Source: Macrostomum lignano (lineage: Eukaryota). Taken from it: a DNA stretch of 64,000 nt. The DNA lies in NCBI GenBank assembly GCA_002269645.1, contig NIVC01000611.1:1-64000 (forward strand), read 5' to 3'. This document shows, one piece after another, positions 1-12,162 of this stretch (position 1 is its first letter; every line of letters starts with the position of its first letter). The notes beneath the pieces were generated by a model. The model was not told the origin of the DNA and did no database searches. It saw nothing but the letters and a program-made list of their open reading frames with translations. A program made the position numbers and the translations under genes.

Positions 1-63
1 ACTGTAATATTTTTGTCATTTTATAGCTAGTATCTTTAATTAATTTATTTTTTCTCTAATAAG

Positions 64-743
64 TAGTGTTCTGCTGTAAGGAAGATCTATATACTGTAGC
101 CATAGCCATAAGCCTAGCTGTAGGCCCTAAGCAAAACTATGGCTTATTCCAATTTTCCGTATTCCGTAGCCATAGGGACCTTAATATTACCATATTCCTC
201 AATTCCTGTAGGCTGTAGCCGCTGTAGTTCCCATAGCCATGCCATAGTTTTAACAAAAAGTCTAGAAAACAAAATATTTTGAATCAAGAAGATAACCTAG
301 TACTTAAACAACTGCAAATTAAGTTAGAAAATAAAAGAAACACTCAATTGCCTTTATAAGATTATATTTCATCTTTTTTCAAAGCAACAATACTTAATCA
401 TTACTGAAAGTGCTAATGCTGAACTTTTTCACATAAATAAAAATTAGAGTTTGCTAGTGTTTGATTGTACTTTATTAGGTATATTTTAGTAGTTTCTAAG
501 TTTACCAAAAGTAGGCCTATATTTGTTTTACTCTACCTGTTTCTAATATTATTTCATTTTTTTAACATTTATAACTATAGCTATGGGAATCTACAGAATG
601 TGATAACAACTACCATATTTCTGTATTGGTAGCCATAGGAGCAGCTAGCTACTATAGGCATATCTGTAGCTGCCATAGGCACCTATTTTATCATATTTGC
701 CATAGGATCCCGTAGCCATAGCTATGGCTACGGCGGAACACTA
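64..743. mobile_element. Non-autonomous hAT-like DNA transposon, degenerate, 680 bp
   Basis: Left end TAGTGTTCTGCTGTA (64) versus reverse complement of right end TAGTGTTCCGCCGTA (ends 743). Flanking 8-mers are CTAATAAG and CTAATACT (6/8 match, putative TSD). Many internal GTAGCCATAG-type subterminal repeats. Confidence 0.55.
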
Positions 744-1788
744 CTAATACTAATAGGCTTATATATTTTTGTGACAATTATTATTTGTCCGGTTAAATTG
801 ATATTTTATTTTACAGAAACTATATAAGGGTAACTATTCCTGGACTTCAAAGACTTCTTACTTGTATCTTGATTATTATGTTGTTTTACTAATATATGTC
901 TTATATATCAAATTATGCCAAATTGCATATGCATTACATATATCTGCTTTGCTTGCACTAATAACAAAATATTAATCAGGATATAAGAAAGAGTTTAAAA
1001 ATCTAGAATATTTATCACTAAACAAATAGATACTTATGTTAGCAATTTAACTGCACAAATAGCAAAAAGGCTAGACAAATAACAACTGTCTATTTTTGCA
1101 TATTGCACGTGTCTAAAAATGAAAAATGTAAGCTTTTATGAAAAAAGATGACAGCTTGTTATTATCCTAAGACCTAATTAAAGCTAGATATATAATTTTT
1201 AGAAAGTTTTTTTATTTTCAAAAAGTATTTTTCTTTTGTTTCAAATTTATATATTGGTTTTTATTCTATTTAATTTCTTTGCAAAGTTATTGATTAGCAA
1301 GAAACTAGGTCTAATTTGATTTAAATATGCCTTTTGCATATATATTAAAAAGCTATAGGGCCCTCGTTGAAATCTATAGGCCTATAAAAAATTTTTAGAC
1401 CAGCTAATTTTTTTTCAAATTAGCTTTAAAAAATTATAAGTCTTTGGCAATTATGCATAACTTTTTTTATATAAAATTTGAAAAAAAATGTTTAATGCTT
1501 TCAATGAGCACTCTGTTTCTAAGTTAATTTATTTAGTTCAACCATTTAGACCACTTGGCAAATATACAATGTAAAATGTACATTCACAATAATGCTACGA
1601 AGTTTTATGATCCTTTGTGATAAAAATTTAATTGTAGTATTGATTAAATTTTATCATTTATTAGCTAATAAATGAATGATGATCAATTAAAAAGGGGTGT
1701 TAAGGATGAAACAAAGCCTTTTTTTATCAATCTTTCAAGTTGCTATGATCTTATTTGTGTTTTTTTATAATATAGAAAGGGTGGCATA

Positions 1789-2598
1789 CAGTGATGGGCA
1801 CTAGCGCTGCTAAATTTGAATTCCGCTGAAGTGCCGCTAATATTTTGTTAGTGCCACTAATTCTGCTAAATTGAAATTCTGATTAGCTTGCGCTATCAAA
1901 GTGCCACTAACGTTTTCTAAAAGTTGCTAATTGCACTAAAATTTATTTTTTGCTAAAAAAATTAGAGGGTTAATGACTGTTCAATACTTAAAATAAGACC
2001 CTCTTTGATTAGTAAGTTATAGATTACGAGCCGTATGTAAATGTTTCTAATTTTCTTAAAAATGTGAAACAAAATTTGAATATCTATTTTCACTTTTCAT
2101 TATCAACAAGGTTTCAAGGTTCAAAATATCATCAATGAATTCAATATTCAACTCATTTGATATTCTAAGCAATGAGATGCAAAGTAACAGGCTATCAACA
2201 GGGTGATGGTAGGGTTTAGAAATCCTGTACTACCATTTCAAGCTGATGATCTTGCCTTCCTTCTTGTGTATAAGAAGGCCATGGCCTAGTGGCAATAGCC
2301 CTTGATATTCTTCAAGGCAAATAGCATTGCCATTTAGGAATTCTTTCTACCAACTGTTGCTTTGACAGTTCACTGGCTTGAGGATTTTTTATTAGCAATG
2401 GCATTATTAGCTTATTCATTTAAAATGTGTGAGTTAAAAATGAGCAGAAATGCATAAATATGTGAAATAACAGTTTATATTAAATATATTTATTAATTAG
2501 CACATTTCAAAATTAGCGGTACTAATTGTGCTAAATTTCAAAGTAGAAACAGTGATAATAAGCAGCGCTTAAAATAAATTTAGTGGTGCCCATCACTG
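1789..2598. mobile_element. Non-autonomous hAT-like DNA transposon, 810 bp
   Basis: Perfect 13-bp TIR CAGTGATGGGCAC / GTGCCCATCACTG. 8-bp flanks GTGGCATA (1781-1788) and GTAGCATA (2599-2606). Subterminal GCTAAATTT-like repeats at both ends. Confidence 0.8.
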
Positions 2599-3282
2599 GT
2601 AGCATAGTTTTGCAATTGTAGATAGGGGTAGCTAATGGGCCTATTTAATTTAGGTTCATTTGGCAAATTGGTATTTACTCGTACATTTTATACAAATTAG
2701 AAGTAGGTCAAATATTCCAAAAAAAGATTGCTTGCAATAGGCATTCCATTTAGGAGTTTTGAATGCCTACCATAGAGGGGCCTAATGCACTAGTCCCTAC
2801 TATATTGGCTAATGGGTTGAATTGCACCACAAATTGCAACTAGTTTGTCAAAGCTAGCCTTATTTTTCTTTGTTGTAAATGCTTAAGCCTGCTTAATGCT
2901 TAATGCTTAGACTGCTACTTGCAAAAAACACTTTTGGCTTGAGTAAGCTTAGGGATATTAGGCATTAACTAACTGCTAAGTCAAAATGAGTGCACTTTTC
3001 TCGTTCTCTTTATCAAAATTCTGCTGCTTTAACATGGGAAGGGCACTTTACTGACCGAATTTTTTATTATATTATTACAGTTAAAAATAGCCAGCTAAAT
3101 AATTTCTTACCTAAACACTTTCGGTGCACGAACTCAGACTGAGCTGAGAGGCTACACAGACTTGCAGTTCAAATCTTCTCTGTTATATTCTCAGCGCTCA
3201 TTTCAACTAGCCGCTAAACTCTGTTCACAATATCTGTCAGAGTCTATTGTTGGATAATCCCGCAGAGAACACACTAACAATA

Positions 3283-6200
3283 ATGCAGCAGCAGCAGTCG
3301 CAGCAAGGCTCCGGCAATGACTATGACCCATTGTTCAGCATCGACTTGCTGAATGTCGAGCTGCTTGAAGGAACTGAGCAGCAGCAGCAGCCACCACTTC
3401 TGCCGCAGCAGCAACAGCAACCACCGCATCACTATCCAGACTCTTCTGATAGCAGCTTTGCTGTCAGCCTGTCTCCTTTGTCCAGCTGTTCGTCCGGCTT
3501 CAGTCCGCACTCGTTTGGCCACCATCAGCAGCAGCAGCAGCAGCCAATGCCGCTGTTCCTTGAAGAGCAAGGCCCAGATTTCCTGCAGCTCAATGCGGAT
3601 TCAACATCCCCGCACCAGCCTCCGTTTCTGCCGCAGCAGCAGCAGCGACAACAACAAACTCAAGCTCAGGCCTGCTCAGGTGCATTCAAGACCGAGCCCT
3701 CAGTGCCCGACGATGTCGTGGGCGCTGCGGCCGCTGCCCAGCCGTCCAGCCTGGCAAAGCTGGCGGACAGCGGCACCCGAGAGACGATAAAATCTGCGGC
3801 GTCTGCGGCGACAAAGCTTTGGGCTTCAACTTTGACGCCGTGAGCTGTGAATCCTGCAAAGCCTTCTTCAGGCGGAATGCTGTTAAAGGAGTTGTAAGAT
3901 TTTGTCGTCTGTTTCTTTCCTTAATGTTACTTGTCCTATTCCTGTTGCCTGTACCAGCCTCCCAGATCCTCAGTTGCTGGGCCAGCCTCCCAGATCCTCA
4001 GTTGCTGGGCCAGCCTCCCAGATCCTCAGTTGCTGGGCCAGCCTCCCAGATCCTCAGTTGCTGCGCCAGCCTCCCAGATCCTCACTTGCTGGGCCAGCCT
4101 CCCAGATCCTCACTTGCTGGGGCAGCCTCCCAGATCCTCAGTTGCTGGGCCAGCCTCCCAGATCCTCAGTTGCTGGGCCAGCCTCCCAGATCCTCAGTTG
4201 CTGGGCCAGCCTCCCAGATCCTCAGTTGCTGGGCCAGCCTCCCAGATCCTCAGTTGCTGGGCCAGCCTCCCAGATCCTCAGTTGCTGCGCCAGCCTCCCA
4301 GATCCTCACTTGCTGCGCCAGCCTCCCAGATCCTCACTTGCTGGGCCAGCCTCCCAGATCCTCAGTTGCTGGGGCAGCCTCCCAGATCCTCACTTGCTGG
4401 GCCAGCCTCCCAGATCCTCAGTTGCTGGGCCAGCCTCCCAGATCCTCAGTTGCTGCGCCAGCCTCCCAGATCCTCAGTTGCTGCGCCAGCCTCCCAGATC
4501 CTCACTTGCTGGGCCAGCCTCCCAGACCCTCAGTTACCGGGCCAGCCTCCCAGACCCTCAGTTGCTGGGCCAGCCTCCCAGATCCCCAGTTACCGGGCCA
4601 GCCTCCCAGACCCTCAGTTACCGGGCCAGCCTCCCAGACCCTCAGTTACCGGGCCAGCCTCCCAGACCCTCAGTTGCCGGGCCAGCCTCCCAGACCCTCA
4701 GTTACCGGGCCAGCCTCCCAGACCCTCAGTTGCCGGGCCACCTGCAATTACAGGAGGCATTCAAGTGCCCCTACAGCGGCGCCTGCAGCATAGACGTTTC
4801 AAATCGCCGCTTCTGCAAGCGCTGCCGGCTGGCCAAGTGCTTCGACATCGGCATGAAGCGGGAGTACATTCTCACCGAAGAGGAGAAACTGGAGAAGCGG
4901 AAGAAGATTGATCAGAATAAGTGAGTCAGCAGCAGTTAAATTGTAAATACGCATTTCTTATCATTTGTGTTTTTAGTTTCAGGGCTTCAATTTGGGACTT
5001 CATGACTCATATTCGGGACTTCGGGGCTCAGTTTCGGGACTTCATGACTCAGATTCGGGACTTCAGGGCTCAGATTTGAGACTTCAGGGCTCAGATTCGG
5101 GACTTCGGGCTCAGATTCGGGACTTCAGGGCTCAGATTCGGGACTTCAGGGCTCAGATTCGGGAATTCAGGGCTCAGATTTGGTTTGCAGTTTCGATCCG
5201 AAGCACACTGTTAAAGATTTTCAGATCTCCCAATTTTGCTGTTAGTTCTGGGCCCGCTCGTATCTGTAAGCATGCAGTTTTGGAAGTACTTTTAGAATCT
5301 TACATTTCCACGACGCACTAGAAAGAGAGTGCCAGTTTGGCTAAGGATGTTGATTTTTTCCTGTGTTTTTTGCTCTCATAATTGGACGGCAGTTAATAGA
5401 GCGGGGGCAGGCGAGCAGGGAGTCTTTTTCAATGCCTAAGCAGATTCTGGTGCTTGCGTTTCGTTCAATGCCGGTTCAGATGACGCTACAGTTGACGAAG
5501 ATTTCCGCATTATCAAAAATATCATTTTTGTTGATTGATGGTACGCAAAATGCATTGCATCAGACTGACACTCGGTCTGTTAATAGTACATTAGCTTTTG
5601 TAAGAATTTGTAAGAATGTACTTTTATAAGTTCAAAGCTTTGCTGTTCCAATTTATGCTTATGGGAGTATAGCCAAATGTTTTTTGTTTTATTTTACAAT
5701 TTCTCACTGATCTCCAAGCTATATTATCCCCAATCTTCACGTTCCACACTCAATCTTCACGATCCCTACCCAATCTTTACGACCCCTACCAAATCTTCAC
5801 GATCCCTACCCAATCTTCACGATCCCCACCCAATCTTTACGACCCCTACCCAATCTTCACGATCCCTACCCAATCTTCACGATCCCCAACCAATCTTCAC
5901 GATCCCCACCCAATCTTCACGATCCCCACCCAATCTTCACGATCCCCACCCAATCTTCACGATCCCCACCCAATCTTCACGATCCCCACCCAATCTTTAA
6001 GATCCCCACCCAATCTTCACGATCCCCACCCAATCTTCACGATCCACACTCAATCTTCACGATCCCCACCCAATCTTCACGATCCCCACCCAATCTTCAC
6101 GACCCCTACCCAATCTTCACGATCCCCACCCAACCTTCACGATCCCCACCCAATCTTCACGATCCCCACCCAATCTTCACAATCCCCACCCAATCTTCAC

Positions 6201-8165
6201 GATCCCCACCCAATCTTTAAGATCCCCACCCAATTTTTAAGATCCCCACCCAATCTTCACGATCCCCACCCAATCTTTAAGATCCCACCCAATCTTCACG
6301 ATCCCCACCCAATCTTCACGATCCCCACCCAATCTTCACGATCCCCACCCAATCTTCACGATCCCCACCCAATCTTCACAATCCCCACCCAATCTTCACG
6401 ATCCCCACCCAATCTTTAGATCCCCACCCAATCTTTAAGATCCCCACCAATCTTCACGATCCCCACCCAATCTTTAAGATCCCCACCCAATCTTTAAGAT
6501 CCCCACCCAATCTTCACGATCCCCACCCAATCTTCACGATCCACACTCAATCTTCACGATCCCCACCCAATCTTCACGATCCCCACCCAATCTTCACGAT
6601 CCCCACCCAATCTTTACGATCCCCACCCAATCTTCACGATCCCCACCCAATCTTCACGATCGCAAGCTTTCACGACCTCCAATCTTCACAGTCAAGATCC
6701 AACCTTCACAATCCGTGATGCACCAGCCAGCCTGGTTACTGGTTATCATAATTTATTGCGTCCCCCCATATCGCAGGCTAATCCGCACCCTGGAGTCGCT
6801 GCAGCTGCTGCCCAAGGACCTGACCCCGGCTGACCTGGCGGACCGGGAGCTGCTCTCTGACGCCGAGCTGCAGGACGTGAAGTTCATCCTGGACGCGTAC
6901 GCCGCCTCCGAGGCTGTGAAGCTGCCAGAGCGCCAGGGCCAGCGAGCCGTCAGCTTTGACGATCTGATCAACTTTGCCGAGCTGTCGGTGGTTCGAGTTA
7001 TCGAGCTGTGCAAGCAGCTGCCGGAGTTCCTGCGGCTCAGCCCGCCGGACCGGGTGGCGCTGATGAAGGGCGGCGCTCTGGAGCTCATCCTGCTGCGCGG
7101 CGTCATCAGCTTCGACCCGGAACGGGCGCGCTTCCTTGACTCAGGCGATGTTGAGTCAGCGGAGCAGGTGACCCCATTGACCCGCCTAGCTAACCCTGAT
7201 TCCAAAAAATCCCCTTTTTATTGATATTTATCACATGGCATCGGCCTGAAAATGTCATGTATATTTTAATATGAATTTTTATCACGCAATTTAAAAGTCC
7301 TAAATATCCCATATCAATTTATTTCAGTTTTGATCCCTAAGATTCCTTCTGTTCTGGTTATTAGCCGCGTTCACTTACCCCATTCTTCCCCACTCAGCTG
7401 TTGATCCCCTTTAACCTAAATCCCATTCCTCCCCACCCAGCTGTTGATCCCCTTTAACCTAAATCCCATTCCTCCCCACCCAGCTGTTGATCCCCTTTAA
7501 CCTAAATCCCATTCCTCCCCACCCAGCTGTTGATCCCCTTTAACCTAAATCCCATTCCTCCCCACCCAGCTGTTGATCCCCTTTAACCTAAATCCCATTC
7601 CTCCCACCCAGCTGTTGATCCCCTTTAACCTAAAGCCCATTCCTCCCCACCCAGCTGTTGATCCCCTTTAACCTAAATCCCATTCCTCCCCACCCAGCTG
7701 TTGATCCCCTAATAAAAAATCCCACTCCTGAAACACTCGCAGGACTCAATGGAGGGCGGCGATTTTCTCAAAGCCGCCGGCTCCAGCGGCTACGCCTTCC
7801 TTCAGTTGGCCCGCTCCCTTCGCGTCAATCTGCAGTGCGACCGCGCCACCCTCATCCTACTGCTAGTAGTCTGCCTGTTCAGTGCCGACCGGCCCGGCCT
7901 GACGCCGGAGGGCCGCGACTCGGCCGAGGAGGCGCAGGTTCGCTACTCGCTGGTGCTGGACCGGCTGCTCAGGACTCGGCTGCCAGGCCAGGAGGCTCGC
8001 AAGATTTATCCCCAACTGCTCACTCAGCTGGCCGAGCTGCGCAATCTGGAGAAGGATTTCAGCGATCTCGCCGCCCTGACCGATCCGCGGGTTGTCCGAC
8101 CGCTGATGGCCGAGCTGCTGGACATGCAGGAGGGACACGACGGCAAGAAAGGTGGCCAGTTCTGA
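3283..8165 (+). CDS. Hr96: Nuclear receptor, NR1J/HR96 (DAF-12/VDR-related) type, about 530 aa, with an apparent 1-nt deletion at 3789-3792
   Basis: Exons 3283-3893, 4754-4920, 6777-7167 and 7743-8165, all GT-AG with consistent phases. DBD CGVCGDKALGFNFDAVSCESCKAFFRRNA...CPYSGACSIDVSNRRFCKRCRLAKCFDIGM has the ESCKA P-box. The LBD has ELCKQLPEFLRLSPPDRVALMK and LFSADRPGL. The exon sum is 1592 nt, one short of a multiple of 3. Confidence 0.9.
3955..4742. repeat. 28-bp minisatellite filling nuclear receptor intron 1
   Basis: Unit CCAGCCTCCCAGATCCTCAGTTGCTGGG with variant blocks. Ends about 10 nt before the acceptor at 4753. Confidence 0.95.
4990..5180. repeat. 21-bp minisatellite, nuclear receptor intron 2 (5' part)
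   Basis: Unit CAGATTCGGGACTTCAGGGCT. Confidence 0.85.
5728..6710. repeat. 20-bp minisatellite, nuclear receptor intron 2 (3' part)
   Basis: Unit GATCCCCACCCAATCTTCAC, about 1 kb. Confidence 0.95.
7375..7710. repeat. 43-bp minisatellite, nuclear receptor intron 3
   Basis: Unit CAGCTGTTGATCCCCTTTAACCTAAATCCCATTCCTCCCCACC. Ends about 30 nt before the acceptor at 7742. Confidence 0.95.
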
Positions 8166-8359
8166 GATGCCCGACTCATTCCCCATCGTAGATGGCTTTG
8201 GCTCGCCCGCGCGACACTTCAGGGCTTATGGCTGCATGTTTATTGCCTTTAGTTTTACAGGGTCTGGGATTTCTAACTGAGAGGGACGCCCTGGAAATCC
8301 TCAAGTCTCGGTGTGGGGATCAGGTTGCCTTATCGGAGTAATCCCTTGGAATGAGGGCC

Positions 8360-8745
8360 GGAATCCCTAAATCCCTCTCAGAATGGGGGTAAAAATCCCT
8401 AGAAATCCCTCTCAGAATGAAGACCAGTATCCCCAATTCCCTTCCATAATGGGGATCAGGATCCCTAAATCCCTCTCAGAATGGGGATCAGGATCGCTAA
8501 ATCCCTCTTAGAATGGAGATCAGAATCCCTAAATCCCTTCCAGAATGGGGATCAGAATCCCTAAATCCCTTCCAGAATGGAGACCAGTATCCCTAAATCC
8601 CTCTCAGAATGGAGACCAGTATCCCTAAATCCCTCTCAGAATGGGGATCAGAATCCCTAAATCCCTCTCAGAATGGGGATCAGGATCCCTAAGTCCCTAA
8701 CAGAATGGGGATCAGAAAATCCCAAAATCTTTTGGAACGGGGATC
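8360..8745. repeat. About 32-bp degenerate minisatellite 3' of the nuclear receptor stop
   Basis: Unit approximately GAATGGGGATCAGAATCCCTAAATCCCTCTCA. Confidence 0.85.
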
Positions 8746-9319
8746 AGATGACGTCATTCCAATTAGGGATTAAAATACTTGCAGTTTTTTAATTCATTGC
8801 TCACATTTACAATGGAATGGAATCTTAGGCCATCAGAACTGAAGGCATATCAGTGTGTCTGTGCGTATAAATTCAACATTTTTCAGTATCTCAAAGCCCA
8901 TGTGCACTACTAAAAGTATAAGTAGTTGGGTGTGTATTTTTTTACAATTATATTGATTAGGCAGGACCACCCAGCGCCGTCTCCCAGGTTTACAAGCCTA
9001 CCGGGCCAGCGCCTGCCCTTATTTTGTTGATAATTTATATCTACTATTAGCCGATGTATCTGTCATTTCCTTGCTTTCTTTGTTGTTGAATTGTTTTCTT
9101 ATGCGTTTGCTTTTCACTTCCATTGTGAATCCAATGATTCTCTGCGCAGCTAACTGCTTACTGATTGTATTCGGACTCGCTTGTTGTTTCATGTTGCATC
9201 TGTTTTATAATTCAATAGGGCTCCATTTTTCCTCTCATTTTCTACTGCTTTTTTGTTGAGTAGTCGGATTGACCCTTTCATTCCCCACGTCTCACAGCGC
9301 ATCTCACCTCTATTTCATT

Positions 9320-9590
9320 TTCCCTCTACCTCGACCCTTCTATCTTTATCCCTCTTCTTCTACCCCTCTATCTCTACCCTCTACCTCTACCCTTCTACCT
9401 CTCCCCCTCCCCTCTATCTCTACCCCTCTATCTCTACCCCTCTATCTCTACTCCTCTATCTCTACCTCTACCCCTCTACCTCTACCCTTCTATCTTTATC
9501 CCTATACTTCTACTCCTATATCTCTACCCCTCTATCTCTACCCCTCTACCTCTACCCCCTACCTCTACCCCTTGATCTCACCCCGCATCT
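9320..9590. repeat. Pyrimidine-rich low-complexity tract
   Basis: Degenerate CTCTAC/CTCTAT/CCCTCTA iterations. Confidence 0.8.
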
Positions 9591-11544
9591 CTATCCGTGT
9601 CCAAGAAATTTATCTCATTCGCGCCCCCTCTATAAAACTGCAATTCTCGCCAGCTCAACTAACTTGCCTGCCAGTGTCTGTCAATCTCTCCATCTGTCTG
9701 CTTTGCCCAGCCAGACTCTCACCCCAGTTCCCCAACTTGGCGCCGGGAGGGGGCATCAGAGAACCCACAGCGCCGCAGTGTTGCCAAATTTATCCCACAT
9801 TGTTCCCTTTTTAACCGCCACCCATACACTGTATGAAATTCATGTATCTTTTGATTTTTTAAATTTAAATTCTTTGTACTGTTCGATACGCGCCAGTGTT
9901 TATTATATCTTATTTTGTAGAGGGCAGTATTTTTGTTATACAGGGTCTTCTTAATTAGCTGAACCTGCTATTTTAAGATTAGAAATGTATATATAAAGTT
10001 AAATATATAAGATATCTTATATGTGCGTTGACTGCTTTGCCTACTGTCATGGAGTTCCTGTTTAGTATGTATCAACGATGCTAGAATAACTAGATATGTT
10101 CCTGGATAATCTTTTAGAAAAAAGACTTTATCAGTAGCTTGTCTGTGCAGTGTCACTTAATTTAATGGGGCAACTAATATTTCTTTTCCTTCCTCTGCGT
10201 TTGCGGCCTCATGGGGTTAGAAATAAACAACAAGCGTTTTTAACTCGATGTACACAAAGTGAGCGCAAGACGAACGAAACTCAGCCAATGAGAGAGCAGT
10301 TAAGGAGAGAGAGGTCAGAGAAAGATGGACAAAACTCATTCCAGGCCCAATTTAGCTCAGCCAATCAGAAAGCAGTGCGCACAAGCGGCCTAGAGAAAGC
10401 CTAACTGTTTATCGGCCTGGCTGGGGGCTGGGAGCGCCATCCCTTTTCTGTCTTACTTGCTATGCACACGCACTGTATTTGGTTTTTTCAATTTTTCTGC
10501 AATATTTAGTCTGAGGCAGTCTGGAGTCGGTAAAACACGATTAGTTTAATAGGTCTGCTTATAGAAAGCCAGGGGCTAATTTCGCTACTGAAAAAAGAGT
10601 AGATGAGCGCACTTCTGCAAGTGGCATATCCAGTTACTCTAATCTCTGCTATGTACTGCATGGATACAGTTGGCAATATTTATCGCTTCGCTCGCGTTTC
10701 TGAAGCCGCCCCAACTCTTTCCCACAAGTATTTCCTCCAAATTGCTTTGCTTGGACACGGACTTTTATATACAGTAATTGCGTCCTTTTTAAATACTGAT
10801 TAAAACAGTAGTTTTAACGCGAACACTAATATAATTTGTGAAAATCGTTAACGCTTTCTTGTCTATCGCTTTTCCTGTCCGGTTGGATGAAAATTTATCG
10901 AATTGAATGCTTTTAAAGACATGTCTGCCTGTCTACTCCAGAGATTCTGGTTATCAGCAAGCTTTGCTACTCCATGTGCTGGCCATAAATACTACTCTTT
11001 ATTTTAGTAACTGATGCGCATATTGCAGGACAAATTTTTACTTCAAGAAATTACAGTTCCTCAAGCGTGATAGTCGGTTCGCTGGTGTTAGTTGTGGCAA
11101 ACAAATTTTACTAATTTATCCGGCAACACGCGCTCAGTCTACTCGTAGATTAAGAGCAGTACTATACACAAGACTTTATTATATTTATTAATTCAATGCT
11201 GAATGGACTTTCTTGTTGATATCTATTACCTTCGGTGTACTTGATGAGTCAGTGTTTGCCATTGTCGTTGCGCTTTTGCCTTGTCAATATCAAGGCTTAT
11301 AAATGTATACTATTCTTGTTTATAGTTGAGTGCAGTCTGTTGATTCATTCATAAATTATAGCAATTATACATGTATTTGTTAATATAATGTATGTGTGTA
11401 TGCCATTTTGTGTTTGGCCCACATTATAAACTTTATTATATTATATTTTATCTGGTATCAAATACCTACCTTCGTTTCGTTAAAGTTAGATGGATATTGA
11501 TGTAGAGAAAAATGCATTGTTGAATCTGCATTGCATAATCCGAG

Positions 11545-12162
11545 ACTGGCAGGCACATTCTTTAATGTACATTGTGTAATCAGCCATTGGCAGACACATT
11601 CTTTAATGTCCATTGTGTAATCAGCCATTGGCAGACACATTCTTTAATGTCCATTGTGTAATCAGCCATTGGCAGGCACATTCTTTAATGTACATTGTGT
11701 AATCAGCCATTGGCAGACACATTCTTCAATGTCCATTGTGTAATCAGCCATTGGCAGACACATTCTTTAATGTCCATTGTGTAATCAGCCATTGGCAGAC
11801 ACATTCTGACATTCTTCAATGTACATTTGTAATCAGCTATTGGCAGACACATTCTGACATTCTTCAATGTACATTTGTAATCAGCTATTGGCAGACACAT
11901 TCTGACATTCTTCAATGTACATTTGTAATCAGCTATTGGCAGACACATTCTGACATTCTTCAATGTACATTTGTAATCAGCTATTGGCAGACACATTCTG
12001 ACATTCTTCAATGTACATTTGTAATCAGCTATTGGCAGACACATTCTGACATTCTTCAATGTACATTTGTAATCAGCTATTGGCAGACACATTCTGACAT
12101 TCTTCAATGTACATTTGTAATCAGCTATTGGCAGACACAGTCTTCAATGTCCATTGTGTAAT
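11545..12162. repeat. Composite 41-bp / 48-bp minisatellite
   Basis: 41-bp unit CAGACACATTCTTTAATGTCCATTGTGTAATCAGCCATTGG switches abruptly near 11800 to the 48-bp unit CAGACACATTCTGACATTCTTCAATGTACATTTGTAATCAGCTATTGG. Confidence 0.95.

Noticed and set aside
2220-2390. Possible transposase remnant inside the hAT-like element
   Set aside because: No convincing conserved motif in any frame.
3789-3792. Programmed ribosomal frameshift in the receptor or in PDAP1
   Set aside because: There is no slippery heptamer or evident downstream structure at either site. A homopolymer error or mutation is simpler.
3819-4924. Three overlapping 320-340 aa ORFs
   Set aside because: They are translations of the stop-free 28-bp intronic array. 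Only 3819-3893 and 4754-4920 are exonic.
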